In this document: in pieces, positions 15,415 to 24,586 of the stretch
Position numbering within the stretch: the stretch's first letter is position 1
Layout: each line of letters starts with the position of its first letter
Virus record (IMG/VR): IMGVR_UViG_3300032218_000671
Location: 1 to 31,643 of that record
DNA: 31,643 bases
Source of the DNA: a virus
Lineage: Duplodnaviria > Caudoviricetes
Strand: one strand, 5' to 3'
Program-made: the position numbers and the translations under genes
The notes under the pieces: model-generated
What the model was told of the DNA's origin: nothing
The model's input: the letters and a program-made list of their open reading frames with translations, nothing else
Databases searched by the model: none

Positions 15415-16310
15415 GCCACCGCCGATTTCAAATAACGAACAATAACAATTCCCGAACCGCCAGCACCGCCATCATAACCTGCTCCTGTACCGCCACCTGT
15501 AGAGCCGCCTCCGCCTGTATTTGAAGTTCCGTTATTACCAATAACATTTTGCGCAGATGGAGAACTAGCACCACCGCCAAGACCACCTGTTGTTGGAAAA
15601 GTTGAAGCCCAACCAGCACCACCGCCAGCGTAATAGTAGTTTCCACCTGAAAGTTGTCCTGTGCTGGTTGCGGAACCCATAGCATTCAATAAAGAAACTG
15701 TTGCTCCACTTAGCCCATTTCCACCGCTAGGCGCTGTGCCAACTGCGCCAGCACCACCACCACCACCTGCTGTTGATCCAGAAGTTGCACCACCATTGTT
15801 TCCGTAACCTGTTGCGCCACCTGAATTGCCTTGTGTTGCAGTTCCTCCTGATCGAGCTGCTGCGCCCGCTCCTTGAGCGCCACCACCAGAACCACCATTA
15901 CCACCAGCACCTGAAGTTCCAGCAGAACCACCACCACCACCGAGTGCAGTAATTGTGTCAAAAGTTGTATTACCACCAGCAGTTCCAGCAGAACCGCCTT
16001 GAGTTCCACCGCCTCCAATAGTGATTGCTATATTTGAGCCAACAATTCTTCCTGTTTGATATAGAAGTCCACCAGCTCCACCACCTGCACCTGATGATCC
16101 ACCATTTGTCCCGCCACCGCCACCAGCAACAACAAGAATATCTAATGAAACTGAACCTATAACACCCAAAGTTCCGTTGGATGTAAAAGTTCGATAATAG
16201 TAAGTTGAATCAGATGTCAGTGTTCCACCAGTGATAATCAACTTAGATGATCCTGTTAGTCCATAAGCTCTTGCGGATAAACTTCCAAAAGAATCCAAGA
16301 TTGGTGACAT
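15411..16310 (-). CDS. Glycine-rich tail fibre-like protein
   Basis: TFTSNGT, LVVAGGGGG, GGGAGG, YAGGG, NTGGGG and GGSGIVIVRY glycine-rich domain signature. Start reassigned to MSPILD. Confidence 0.8.
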   Translation of the reverse strand: MSPILDSFGSLSARAYGLTGSSKLIITGGTLTSDSTYYYRTFTSNGTLGVIGSVSLDILVVAGGGGGTNGGSSGAGGGAGGLLYQTGRIVGSNIAITIGGGGTQGGSAGTAGGNTTFDTITALGGGGGSAGTSGAGGNGGSGGGAQGAGAAARSGGTATQGNSGGATGYGNNGGATSGSTAGGGGGAGAVGTAPSGGNGLSGATVSLLNAMGSATSTGQLSGGNYYYAGGGAGWASTFPTTGGLGGGASSPSAQNVIGNNGTSNTGGGGSTGGGTGAGYDGGAGGSGIVIVRYLKSAVA

Positions 16311-16323
16311 TATTTTCCCCAGA

Positions 16324-16992
16324 CTATGCGAATTTGGTTTGACTTGCGAATACTGTAAAAGCAGCAGAACCAGTCTTGAAAATTGCGTAGGAATAAGCAT
16401 CGATTGCTGAAGCATTTCCAGAAGAAGGCGCTGTTCCTGTTTGCCATTTTGGAGTGACTGCATTTCCATCAATTGTGAGTGCTGTTGGATAATATGGAGT
16501 TGCTCCATTTGTGTTCAAAAATACTACTGTCAAAGAATCACCTGTTGACATAACTGTGTTGAGCGTTGTTCCGCTATCTCCACGAACATTCAGAGTCCAG
16601 TTAGCGGAAGCATTTGTTGTATAATAAAGAGTTCCTTGAGTGTTTGCATCAAAGTTGATTGTTCCTGTTGCTGCCGTTGCCGAAATTGTTGTAATTTCGC
16701 GTGGAGATTTCATGATTGCAGTATTGATTGCAGGTGAAGTCAAGGTCTTGTTCGTTAGAGTTGATGTTGAAGATAAAGTCACATTTGCAACCCAAGCGGA
16801 TCCATTGTAAAAGAATCCACCTGTGCCTGTGATATAACATTGCATTCCTTCAGCGAGAACACCTGAGAGAGCTGTGTCTCTTGCGCTAGTTGTAGCGAAG
16901 ACCATCACTGTCTGCTGTTGAACATAGGTGTTCAAGTCCGATGCGGAAAGAGTATTTCCGTTGACGAACAGTTTGTATCCTGCACCTGCCAT
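16324..16992 (-). CDS. Minor tail or fibre protein
   Basis: N-terminal GYKLF..G.TL.ASD.N.Y..QQTVMVFA...ARD anchor-like motif, TLTNKTLTSP linker and a beta-rich C-terminal domain. Confidence 0.75.
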   Translation of the reverse strand: MAGAGYKLFVNGNTLSASDLNTYVQQQTVMVFATTSARDTALSGVLAEGMQCYITGTGGFFYNGSAWVANVTLSSTSTLTNKTLTSPAINTAIMKSPREITTISATAATGTINFDANTQGTLYYTTNASANWTLNVRGDSGTTLNTVMSTGDSLTVVFLNTNGATPYYPTALTIDGNAVTPKWQTGTAPSSGNASAIDAYSYAIFKTGSAAFTVFASQTKFA

Positions 16993-17001
16993 GATTATCT
17001 C

Positions 17002-18237
17002 CTAGACATAGAGGACATCTGTACCATCGAGGACAGATGAGCCGATTGTAAAGTACGCAACACCCGCTGCTGGTGAGAGATCCATTCCGACACGCCACCC
17101 ATAAGGTGTCAAATCGTATTGAATGGACTCGACAAGCGAGGTGAAGATTCGAGTTCTTGAGTCAACTGTTGTGCGTTGAACTGTGCAGTTGTCACCAAGA
17201 TCTGTTTGAAGCAAAGAAGCCCAGACTGAGGAATCAAGTCCAAGTGCATCAAATTCCACATGATCCACACGAGTCTTTGGCAAGGAATATCTGCCAGCGA
17301 TAATTGCAGCTAAATTTGCAGCGACTGTATTATCTAGCAAAGGTGCATCATAAGACTTTTGATAGATTCCAAAGCGACCTTGAGAGTTGCTGTCATTGTA
17401 AGTTTGAGAAAGCCCAGTTGCCTGATTGATTGTTACTTGATTGATGATGTATTTCGCACCTGGATTGGTCACAATCGTGTCATATTCAACAGTCCCTGAG
17501 CTTCGTGTATCTGAGAAACTCAAGCGAGATGGAGTTGAGAAGGTTGCTTCATAAGGCAAAAGGGTCACATTTCCAGACCTGTCAGCATAGAAACGCCCAA
17601 ATTCACATCGAGAGACTTGATCTCCAAGAGAGAGTGCTGTGTCTCCAAAGGTAGTTGGTTGCATTGTGCGTGAACCAGAGATGGAGCGAAGTGAGGAATC
17701 CCAGTTGACTGCATCGAGGATGCGACCAAGGCGAGTTGAAGTTGTATCGCCTGAATATGAGCTTGAAATTGCTGAAACGCTCAATTTTCCAATCCATGCC
17801 AAAGCATCTGTGAATTGAAAAGTTGCTAGTGGATCCAAAGATTCATCGACATCAAGTTGTTCAAGATAGCCACGATAGATGACATAGGTTGTTCCAGACC
17901 ATGTGGCTGAGACTCGAACGCCCATTCCTGCCGAAAGCAAGGAATATCCATCCCAAGTGTAAGGCGAGGAAAGATTGTCTGGATCATAGTTCGAACTTCT
18001 ATTTTCAAGAACCAAGGTCAAAGCGCCAGGTTGAACTGCCTGATCTTCGCGAGTGCGACCTCGGCGAATTGAAAGTGTTCGAATGTCTGTGGTTGGGATT
18101 GCAGACCAGACTGTTGTTCCTACGCCAAGAACATCTGTGCTACCAATAGGTGAAACGCCGAGAACGAAATATCCTAGTTTGGAAGTGTCGAATTCAACTG
18201 TGATTGTCGGAGCATTGGATCCGTCATAAAGCGCCAT
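17002..18237 (-). CDS. Minor tail/baseplate hub protein
   Basis: Directly follows the tape measure gene; SIRRGR...G.LTLVL.N...YDP.N motif. Confidence 0.75.
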   Translation of the reverse strand: MALYDGSNAPTITVEFDTSKLGYFVLGVSPIGSTDVLGVGTTVWSAIPTTDIRTLSIRRGRTREDQAVQPGALTLVLENRSSNYDPDNLSSPYTWDGYSLLSAGMGVRVSATWSGTTYVIYRGYLEQLDVDESLDPLATFQFTDALAWIGKLSVSAISSSYSGDTTSTRLGRILDAVNWDSSLRSISGSRTMQPTTFGDTALSLGDQVSRCEFGRFYADRSGNVTLLPYEATFSTPSRLSFSDTRSSGTVEYDTIVTNPGAKYIINQVTINQATGLSQTYNDSNSQGRFGIYQKSYDAPLLDNTVAANLAAIIAGRYSLPKTRVDHVEFDALGLDSSVWASLLQTDLGDNCTVQRTTVDSRTRIFTSLVESIQYDLTPYGWRVGMDLSPAAGVAYFTIGSSVLDGTDVLYV

Positions 18238-18240
18238 CGA

Positions 18241-20052
18241 TCACACTCCAAGGATTGAAGGATTGAGTCCTCTTCGGCGCATCAAGATTGCAATCTGGTC
18301 TCGAACTGAGACTGCGAGATCCTGCTCCTGAACAACTGAACCCTGGACATTGACAACAACATTGATTCCACCCATTCCCTTTGAAAGCGGAATAACTGCT
18401 TCAGCTCCTGCCTCACCAATCATGGCAAGGGTTGGCTTTGTGACGATGCCACCTTCGGCAAGCATTGGAATGTTCGGAATGTTGATTCCAAAACTCTGAC
18501 CGCCGATGCCTGGAATCCAAGATGGAAGTTCGAAATGAATCTTGTTCAAGCCAGAGATGACGAAGTTCATCATCGTGATGACTCCATTGAGCGCACCCTT
18601 GACCACATCGGCAACTGCACCAAATGCTGTGGAAATTGCTGAAGCAACTGATTTGCCGATTCTTTCCAAGACCATGAAAATGTTGATGAGGTCTCCAACG
18701 AAGTTGATGACATCAGCAATCACATATCCAACAGCCTTGAAAGCAACTCCGAGAACGCCTCCCACGAATGGGGCAATGTCGCGGATGATTGCTCCAACGA
18801 ATGTGAGCAATCCACGCAAGAGAGATTCGACAACACCAATCACGCCTTCGATGACATGAAGAACTGCCTCGAATTGATCTCGATGCTTGGACAAGGCTTC
18901 AGTCACACTCTTGATAACTGGCTCCAAATGTTCTGAAACAGCAGTCCAAATTTCTCTGAATGCTGGAATCAAATCATTCATCACATAGTTAGCAAGCGCC
19001 TTGAAATTCTGCATGAGTTGACTCATAAAGAATCCAGCAAGGTCTTTCAAAATAGGCATGAGGAAAGCATCTGAGAATTTGTGAAGTGTTTCAAAAGACC
19101 TTTGAACACTTTCAATCATCGGTTTGAAACTTGCAAATGCGCCACCAAGATTGTTGGTGATTCCTGTGCCGACTTTGAAATTGTCCATCAAGTCAACAAT
19201 GTATTTTGTGCCATCTTGAATCAAAGTGACAATTGGATTGAGAATTGCTCCTAGCGCTTCAAAGGCTGGCTTGAGAGCCTGAGCGATTACTGGAACGATT
19301 TCTGAAAATGCTTTTGTGACTGCTGTGAGGGCTGGATAAAGGAATTGACCAAGTTGAACTTGCATTCCTTCAACAGCAGCATGGAACTCACGATGAGCCA
19401 TGACATTCTTCTGAATTGCATCAAGGTTGTCTTGGCTGAGAACGAGTCCGAACTTTTGAGCCTCTTCCTTGAACTTCTCAATTCCTGCTGCTCCTTGATT
19501 CAGAAGTGGAGCAAGTTGCATTCCTGAGCGACCAAAGATTTGCATGATGGCATTGGTCTTTTCAACGCCATTTGACATCCCGCCAAGCTTGTCAGCAACC
19601 TCGCTGAAAATGTCGCTCGAAGACTTCATGTTGCCATTCATGTCTTTGACAGAGACACCAATTGCTTCGAACTTCTTTTCGCCAGCAGTAGTTGCAGCAG
19701 CTTTGGACATCTTGCCAAGTGCGCCCGCTAAAGTATCGGCAGAGATACCTGTTTCCTCGGCAGCAAAGCGAAGTTTGGACATCTCTTCAGCTGAATCGCC
19801 TGTGTAACGCTGAAGAAGTTTGACTTCTTTGCCGACATCTTGAAAAGCATTGATGGAATCTTTTCCGAACTGCAAGACTTTGGATCCAAGAGCCTCGATG
19901 CCCTGAGCCAATCCCAAGCCAGCAGCAATTTCACCAATTTTGGCAAAATGACCACCAGCAGTTTGAGCTGCTCCACCAACATCTTGCAAAGACTTGGTTG
20001 CGGAAACATCTTTTCCGTAAAGACTGAAGGTTAGCGATGTGTCGTTTGCCAT
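18241..20052 (-). CDS. Tape measure protein
   Basis: Helical Ala/Gly-rich sequence with amphipathic repeats, IFGRSG..L.PLLN.G and C-terminal LAEGGIVTKPTLAMIGEAGAEAVIPL. Follows the chaperone genes. Confidence 0.9.
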   Translation of the reverse strand: MANDTSLTFSLYGKDVSATKSLQDVGGAAQTAGGHFAKIGEIAAGLGLAQGIEALGSKVLQFGKDSINAFQDVGKEVKLLQRYTGDSAEEMSKLRFAAEETGISADTLAGALGKMSKAAATTAGEKKFEAIGVSVKDMNGNMKSSSDIFSEVADKLGGMSNGVEKTNAIMQIFGRSGMQLAPLLNQGAAGIEKFKEEAQKFGLVLSQDNLDAIQKNVMAHREFHAAVEGMQVQLGQFLYPALTAVTKAFSEIVPVIAQALKPAFEALGAILNPIVTLIQDGTKYIVDLMDNFKVGTGITNNLGGAFASFKPMIESVQRSFETLHKFSDAFLMPILKDLAGFFMSQLMQNFKALANYVMNDLIPAFREIWTAVSEHLEPVIKSVTEALSKHRDQFEAVLHVIEGVIGVVESLLRGLLTFVGAIIRDIAPFVGGVLGVAFKAVGYVIADVINFVGDLINIFMVLERIGKSVASAISTAFGAVADVVKGALNGVITMMNFVISGLNKIHFELPSWIPGIGGQSFGINIPNIPMLAEGGIVTKPTLAMIGEAGAEAVIPLSKGMGGINVVVNVQGSVVQEQDLAVSVRDQIAILMRRRGLNPSILGV

Positions 20053-20061
20053 TGCATCCTC

Positions 20062-20235
20062 CTAGTCGCTAGATGATCGAGATTCGAGTGCAACCCGAAT
20101 CAAGTCGTTCAATACTTCAACTTCCATGTCCCAGACATTGAATGGAGTAATGCCTGGATAAGTGTGACAGAGAAGTGCTAAATGCTCTCTGATTTTTCTG
20201 TAAGTGCCGCCCCTGAGACGGCTGGAGAGTTTTTT
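20062..20235 (-). CDS. -1 frameshift extension of the tail assembly chaperone (gpGT-like)
   Basis: The -1 frame from the slippery site reads KKLSSRLRGGTYRKIREHLALLCHTYPGITPFNVWDMEVEVLNDLIRVALESRSSSD* and stops at the tape measure RBS. Confidence 0.85.
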   Translation of the reverse strand, partial: KKLSSRLRGGTYRKIREHLALLCHTYPGITPFNVWDMEVEVLNDLIRVALESRSSSD

Positions 20236-20525
20236 GAATCTGAATCCTCTGGCTTGATTTCATCGATTCCGTACTCGTCAAGAATATCGGCAATCGAGAC
20301 AACTTCTCCTGCTCGAACCATGCAAATCCAAGTCAAGGCATAAAGCGCCTTCACTTTTGAATAACCTGGTCGCTCTTTTCCTTCTTCAGTTGAGAGGGCT
20401 CCAAGAAGTGTCAATCCATCAAGACCAAAGTGATTTTCAATCTCAATGATTTCCCGACCTGTGGGAGATGAGGATCCATTCTCTTTTGGCAATGGATAGG
20501 ACTTATCGCGGATGATGAGTGGCAT
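20178..20525 (-). CDS. Tail assembly chaperone (gpG-like)
   Basis: Start MPLIIR with RBS AAGGGG; lies before the tape measure gene and carries a slippery site near its end. Confidence 0.8.
   Translation of the reverse strand: MPLIIRDKSYPLPKENGSSSPTGREIIEIENHFGLDGLTLLGALSTEEGKERPGYSKVKALYALTWICMVRAGEVVSIADILDEYGIDEIKPEDSDSKNSPAVSGAALTEKSESI
20229..20235 (-). other. Programmed -1 ribosomal frameshift site A AAA AAC
   Basis: X XXY YYZ heptamer in the correct frame (TCA AAA AAC). Confidence 0.85.
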
Positions 20526-20542
20526 TTGTTTCCCCTTGTTTG

Positions 20543-21061
20543 TTATGAATTGAGAAGCCCTGAATCCTTCAGAGCATCTTCGAGTGCTTGAACAACTTCT
20601 CCTGCAAAGACCATTTTGTGTGGAAGCACAGTCACGCCCAAGAATGGATGCGATTGCTGAACAACCCAATCTTCTGTGTTACCAAAGACAGGATGCCTCC
20701 ATTGTCGTTTCCTGCGCCCTTCCATGTAGTAAGGAATCGAGCGAGGTCTGCCAGAAGCAGCCATGAACTTTGTTGTTGAAATTCTAATCTTGAGAATCGC
20801 ACCCTTTTTTGTTGGGTTGATGTCAGAAATTGTTGCGTTGGCAAGTGAAGCGCGAAGCCCTAGAAATTCGCCTTTCTTCTTTCGAGAGGCTTCAGCATCT
20901 CCACCTTTGGCGGGGATTGCTAGAGCTGCGCGTTTCACTTCCTCAACAACTGGTTCGGCGGCTGCTTTGAGTCGCTTCTTGATTGTCTTCTTGAAACTGG
21001 GATCGACCTGTGCAATCTCTTTGACAACTTTGGCAAAGTCTGCTGGATCAATCTCAATCAT
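20543..21061 (-). CDS. Basic neck/tail completion protein (HK97 gp10-like)
   Basis: Lys/Arg-rich with WRHPVFG...WV.Q...PFL; lies in the tail module. Confidence 0.6.
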   Translation of the reverse strand: MIEIDPADFAKVVKEIAQVDPSFKKTIKKRLKAAAEPVVEEVKRAALAIPAKGGDAEASRKKKGEFLGLRASLANATISDINPTKKGAILKIRISTTKFMAASGRPRSIPYYMEGRRKRQWRHPVFGNTEDWVVQQSHPFLGVTVLPHKMVFAGEVVQALEDALKDSGLLNS

Positions 21062-21070
21062 GATGACTCC

Positions 21071-22048
21071 TTAGAGAGTTGAATCCGATGTCTGATAAGC
21101 AATGGTCAATGGCTGGTTTGTGCCGTCATCATACGCTTCGAATGTCATTGCGAGATCGATGACACCAGGACCAGGAACATTTGGTGTGTCAGCATTGAAC
21201 TTGGCTGCTGGAATTGTAATGGTCAACTTCTCAGTTGCAGCATTAGCAATGACAGCGCCTGTGAATGTAAGGACAAGAGCAGCGCTTGCATCAGAATAGA
21301 ACTTTGAGAAAAGCGTTGTGTCTGTGAATTCAGCAGTCAACTTGCCTGAAATCTTGCGGAATCCGTTGATGACCTGCTCTGCCTTTGTACCAGCAGCGCC
21401 AAGGTTGTATCGATCCTGCTTGAGTGTGTTGTCCACTGTGATGGTGAAATCCTTCACATTGGCAATCGATGATCCATCAAGTGTGATTGCACCTTGAGCA
21501 AAGTTGAAAAGGTTTGTCGATGCGCTGTAAGAAGCAGTCGCAAGAGATGTTCCAGTTGTCAAAGAAGCTGCATCAACTGAGAACTTTCCTGTTGCGATTC
21601 CTCCTGTAGCAACGCCAATTTCGAATGACTGAATCTTAGATCCAGCAACTGTCTTTGGGGTAACTGTTCCACCATATTGAGGAACGCCAACCTGTGCTGT
21701 GAATGAACGACCATAGACATCACCAAGGGTGAATGAATAAGAATAAACACCAGTCGTTGTTGTAACAGCGCTTGGAGATGACCCCATAGCGTGTGAGAGA
21801 AGCAATCCAAGACCCTTTGTAGGTAGGTCTAGGGTGAAGTCTCCACCTGCATCCGTTGTGGTCACAACGCGGCGCTGAGAGCGTGGGAGCTGCCCTCCAG
21901 CACGAAGACCCATTCCAACAGCAGTCTTCTTGTTGTAAGTAATGTTCTCAGAAGTGAATTCATAGAAGCGAGTCACTGTGACTGAGTTGTTGAATGTTGT
22001 TTCGGTTGCAATCCCTAGTTGCGACCCAATACCTGAACCAATTGCCAT
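21071..22048 (-). CDS. Major tail tube protein
   Basis: QLGIA.ETT start, Thr/Gly-rich beta protein, ITVDN.L and ISGKLTAEF; strong RBS AGGAG. Confidence 0.85.
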   Translation of the reverse strand: MAIGSGIGSQLGIATETTFNNSVTVTRFYEFTSENITYNKKTAVGMGLRAGGQLPRSQRRVVTTTDAGGDFTLDLPTKGLGLLLSHAMGSSPSAVTTTTGVYSYSFTLGDVYGRSFTAQVGVPQYGGTVTPKTVAGSKIQSFEIGVATGGIATGKFSVDAASLTTGTSLATASYSASTNLFNFAQGAITLDGSSIANVKDFTITVDNTLKQDRYNLGAAGTKAEQVINGFRKISGKLTAEFTDTTLFSKFYSDASAALVLTFTGAVIANAATEKLTITIPAAKFNADTPNVPGPGVIDLAMTFEAYDDGTNQPLTIAYQTSDSTL

Positions 22049-22058
22049 TTGTTATCTC

Positions 22059-22271
22059 CTAGTTACTGGCAGCAGGGATTGAATCTGCTGGTGAGGTTGA
22101 TGTGAGTGAGGAAGCAGCTCTGTCAGCAGCTTCCCAGTTGTCAGGTTGTGCAAGAAGAGATGCTGCTGCCTCATCTGAGACATCCGCACTCTCACCAGCC
22201 TTCACGACAAGATTGCCGAGGGCTGGAATAATAAGATCGCCAAGTGACGAAATGTTCTTGATTTTTGCCAT
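22059..22271 (-). CDS. Small hypothetical virion-module protein
   Basis: Start MAKIKN with RBS AGGGAG. Confidence 0.65.
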   Translation of the reverse strand: MAKIKNISSLGDLIIPALGNLVVKAGESADVSDEAAASLLAQPDNWEAADRAASSLTSTSPADSIPAASN

Positions 22272-22281
22272 GTGTTGCTCC

Positions 22282-22743
22282 CTAGATTCTGCTCTGATAG
22301 GTAATTGTAAAGACGATTCCGACACCAGCGCCGTTCTGTGTCTGGCGGTAGGAAATCTCGCCAGTTTCCATTGCTGAGAACTGGACAAGTCCAGCGAATG
22401 AAACATCTGCGCGGATTACATCCTCAACACTTCCGAGAAGTTGAAAGGCGCGAGTTCTGCGAGCTGAAAGGCTTGTTCCACCATCAGCTGACCAGAGGAA
22501 ACAATTGAGTCTTCCCATTTCGAACTTGGAGATTGCTCCGAGTGGTCGATATTCTTGACGAATTGATGAAGCTGAAACTTCATCGCCTTCGAGGTTTCCA
22601 TCATGTCCGACAGCGATTGCATCGCCTGGGAAGGAATAGTCGATTTCGATTCCGTCAAAGACTCGAACGCCTGAAAGAGATGATGCTCCCTGAAGAGCTG
22701 CAACCACTGCATTTGTGAATGCTGGCATTGTTGAGACAGCCAT
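22282..22743 (-). CDS. Putative tail terminator/completion protein
   Basis: Size and position between the head-tail adaptor and the tail tube. Confidence 0.6.
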   Translation of the reverse strand: MAVSTMPAFTNAVVAALQGASSLSGVRVFDGIEIDYSFPGDAIAVGHDGNLEGDEVSASSIRQEYRPLGAISKFEMGRLNCFLWSADGGTSLSARRTRAFQLLGSVEDVIRADVSFAGLVQFSAMETGEISYRQTQNGAGVGIVFTITYQSRI

Positions 22744-22746
22744 GAT

Positions 22747-23598
22747 TTATGCCATTCCTGGGAAGGATGTTGGATCCAAGAGTTCCATTGCTCGGCGTGG
22801 AAGAGAATAAGTAGATCCAGCGTAAAGCTCATCACCTGTCTGGGTTCTACCCATGACATTGATTGCGCCTCGCTGTGTCTGCCAGAGGTGACGAATAATT
22901 TCGAGAACGCCTTGCTTTGCAGACATTGGAGGATTCACATATCCAGCAACATAGGTGATCTTGATATTGTTGAAGCCACCAGTCCAGTAGCCATAAGAGT
23001 TGGTCGCATAGAGCGTTCCTGAACCGATGCGATAGAGGCGCTGCCCTGTGTAGTCCAAGTTATAGGCATTGGATGAAACCAAAGCGCCATTCTCATAAAC
23101 CGAAGTGATGGAGATTGCCTTTGGATTGCGGATGCGGATAAATTCCGTTCCTCCGTCATAAAGTTCATCTGTGAAAGTTCTGCGACCTAGAACCTGTCCG
23201 ACATAGGTTTCAGCCAAGTCAGTTGCAGCATCGATGTATCGGCGCACTTCATTCTCATTGGCGCTCGCAGCTGGAATGTTGAGATATTCCAAGACTTCAT
23301 CGTAGCCACAGATTCCGATGTCATTGATGTCGCGAACTTCGAAGATGTCTGAATAAGCCTGTGGATATGACCCTGTAGCGCTCCATGCGAGGATATGCCG
23401 ACCAACTTGGGTGGGAAGGTAGGAAGCGGTATATGTACCAGTCACAGCCGTTGCAGTGGTCACTGAGACTGTTGTGGCATCTGGAAGAGTAATGCTTAGG
23501 GTGACAGTGCCTGGATTGACTGCTGCGCCTGTTGAATCATAAGTGTTCCAAGTCAGATAAACCTTGTCACCTAGATCATAGGAACCTGTTAGCGCCAT
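22747..23598 (-). CDS. Head-tail adaptor with an N-terminal Ig-like domain
   Basis: About 90 aa of beta-rich N-terminus, then EVLEYLNI...YIDAA...AETY.G..L, ITYVAGY...P...KQGVLEII.HLW connector motifs. Confidence 0.8.
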   Translation of the reverse strand: MALTGSYDLGDKVYLTWNTYDSTGAAVNPGTVTLSITLPDATTVSVTTATAVTGTYTASYLPTQVGRHILAWSATGSYPQAYSDIFEVRDINDIGICGYDEVLEYLNIPAASANENEVRRYIDAATDLAETYVGQVLGRRTFTDELYDGGTEFIRIRNPKAISITSVYENGALVSSNAYNLDYTGQRLYRIGSGTLYATNSYGYWTGGFNNIKITYVAGYVNPPMSAKQGVLEIIRHLWQTQRGAINVMGRTQTGDELYAGSTYSLPRRAMELLDPTSFPGMA

Positions 23599-23655
23599 GA
23601 ATCACTCCTTGAATGGTAGGGGATGAGGGTTGATTGCCAGGGGTACGACCAACCC

Positions 23656-24363
23656 TCATCCTTGACTTTGTTGAATTGCATGATTGCGCATCGGTGTGTG
23701 ATGCCGTTCATCCAACCAGAACTGCTTGTGATGAGGAAGAATTGCCCCTGTGTGAGCGAAAATTTTGTAGCCCATAGACTTCAGGCGCTTGGAAAAGAGA
23801 AGATCCTCGCCAAAATATGTGCCATCGATTGCACCTTCTACGAACCAAGCCCAATCCTTGCCTTGATTTGGAGTCGCTTGCTTTTGCATATCAAGCAGAA
23901 CGCTTCGATGAATCAAGAGACAGCCAGTGCCAGTTGCATCGACTTCAATCAAAGAATCGAGTGGATAAGCATCAATTGCTTCAAGACCCTTTTCAGGATC
24001 CATTCGATAGATGGTTGGAACTGGTCGAAGAGAATCCTCGCCATCGAAGAAGGCTGCGAATACTAGACCCGACACGATTGGTCGGTCTTTGTCGTGAGCT
24101 GCATCAATCAACTTATGCCAAGTGGCAAGTGAGAGGCGCTCATCTGAATCAATCATCAGAAGCCAATCGGCATCTGTTGTTTCCAAGAATGTCTTGACCA
24201 CAACATTGCGTGATCGAGTTGTCAGTCCGACATTGCCGACTTGAACTAGATGGTCAAAGTGACCACCTTTTTCTCTTGCCACATGAATCAAATCCATTGC
24301 AAGAAGTGCATCGATGGTTCCATTGTTGACCATCCCGATGCAGACTCTGTGACTTGCCTTCAT
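23656..24363 (-). CDS. GT-A fold glycosyltransferase within the head module
   Basis: RN..V..FL, WLLMIDSD (DxD), VDATGTGCLLIHRSVL, GEDLLF and HHK motifs. Confidence 0.85.
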   Translation of the reverse strand: MKASHRVCIGMVNNGTIDALLAMDLIHVAREKGGHFDHLVQVGNVGLTTRSRNVVVKTFLETTDADWLLMIDSDERLSLATWHKLIDAAHDKDRPIVSGLVFAAFFDGEDSLRPVPTIYRMDPEKGLEAIDAYPLDSLIEVDATGTGCLLIHRSVLLDMQKQATPNQGKDWAWFVEGAIDGTYFGEDLLFSKRLKSMGYKIFAHTGAILPHHKQFWLDERHHTPMRNHAIQQSQG

Positions 24364-24506
24364 CGTGTCTCCATGTCTGGAGCAAGAGCAGTTGTTTCAA
24401 TTGTTCCCGACTCAAGCTCGTGAATGAGCGAATCAAGATGTTCGATTCCTTTGTTCTGCATTATCTCGCGAGCAGACTTGAGACCTTCAAGAAATATGGA
24501 TTGCAT
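24360..24506 (-). CDS. Small hypothetical protein, 48 aa (not in ORF track)
   Basis: MQSIFLEGLKSAREIMQNKGIEHLDSLIHELESGTIETTALAPDMETR*, RBS AGGGGG, ATGA-coupled to the glycosyltransferase. Confidence 0.7.
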   Translation of the reverse strand: MQSIFLEGLKSAREIMQNKGIEHLDSLIHELESGTIETTALAPDMETR

Positions 24507-24534
24507 GGAAATCCCCCTGTGGATTGGTGTTGCG

Positions 24535-24576
24535 CCTTGGCGCTGACCCTACCCGAAGGAAGAGCCAGCGCCAAGG
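24535..24576 (-). terminator. Stable hairpin after the capsid gene (no U-tract)
   Basis: CCTTGGCGCTG/CAGCGCCAAGG 11-bp stem with an inner CC-TTCG-GG loop. Confidence 0.6.
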
Positions 24577-24586
24577 TTAGTGGCTA

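Noticed and set aside
15052-16992. Diversity-generating retroelement or invertible fibre cassette
   Set aside because: No reverse transcriptase, invertase or template/variable repeat pair was seen.
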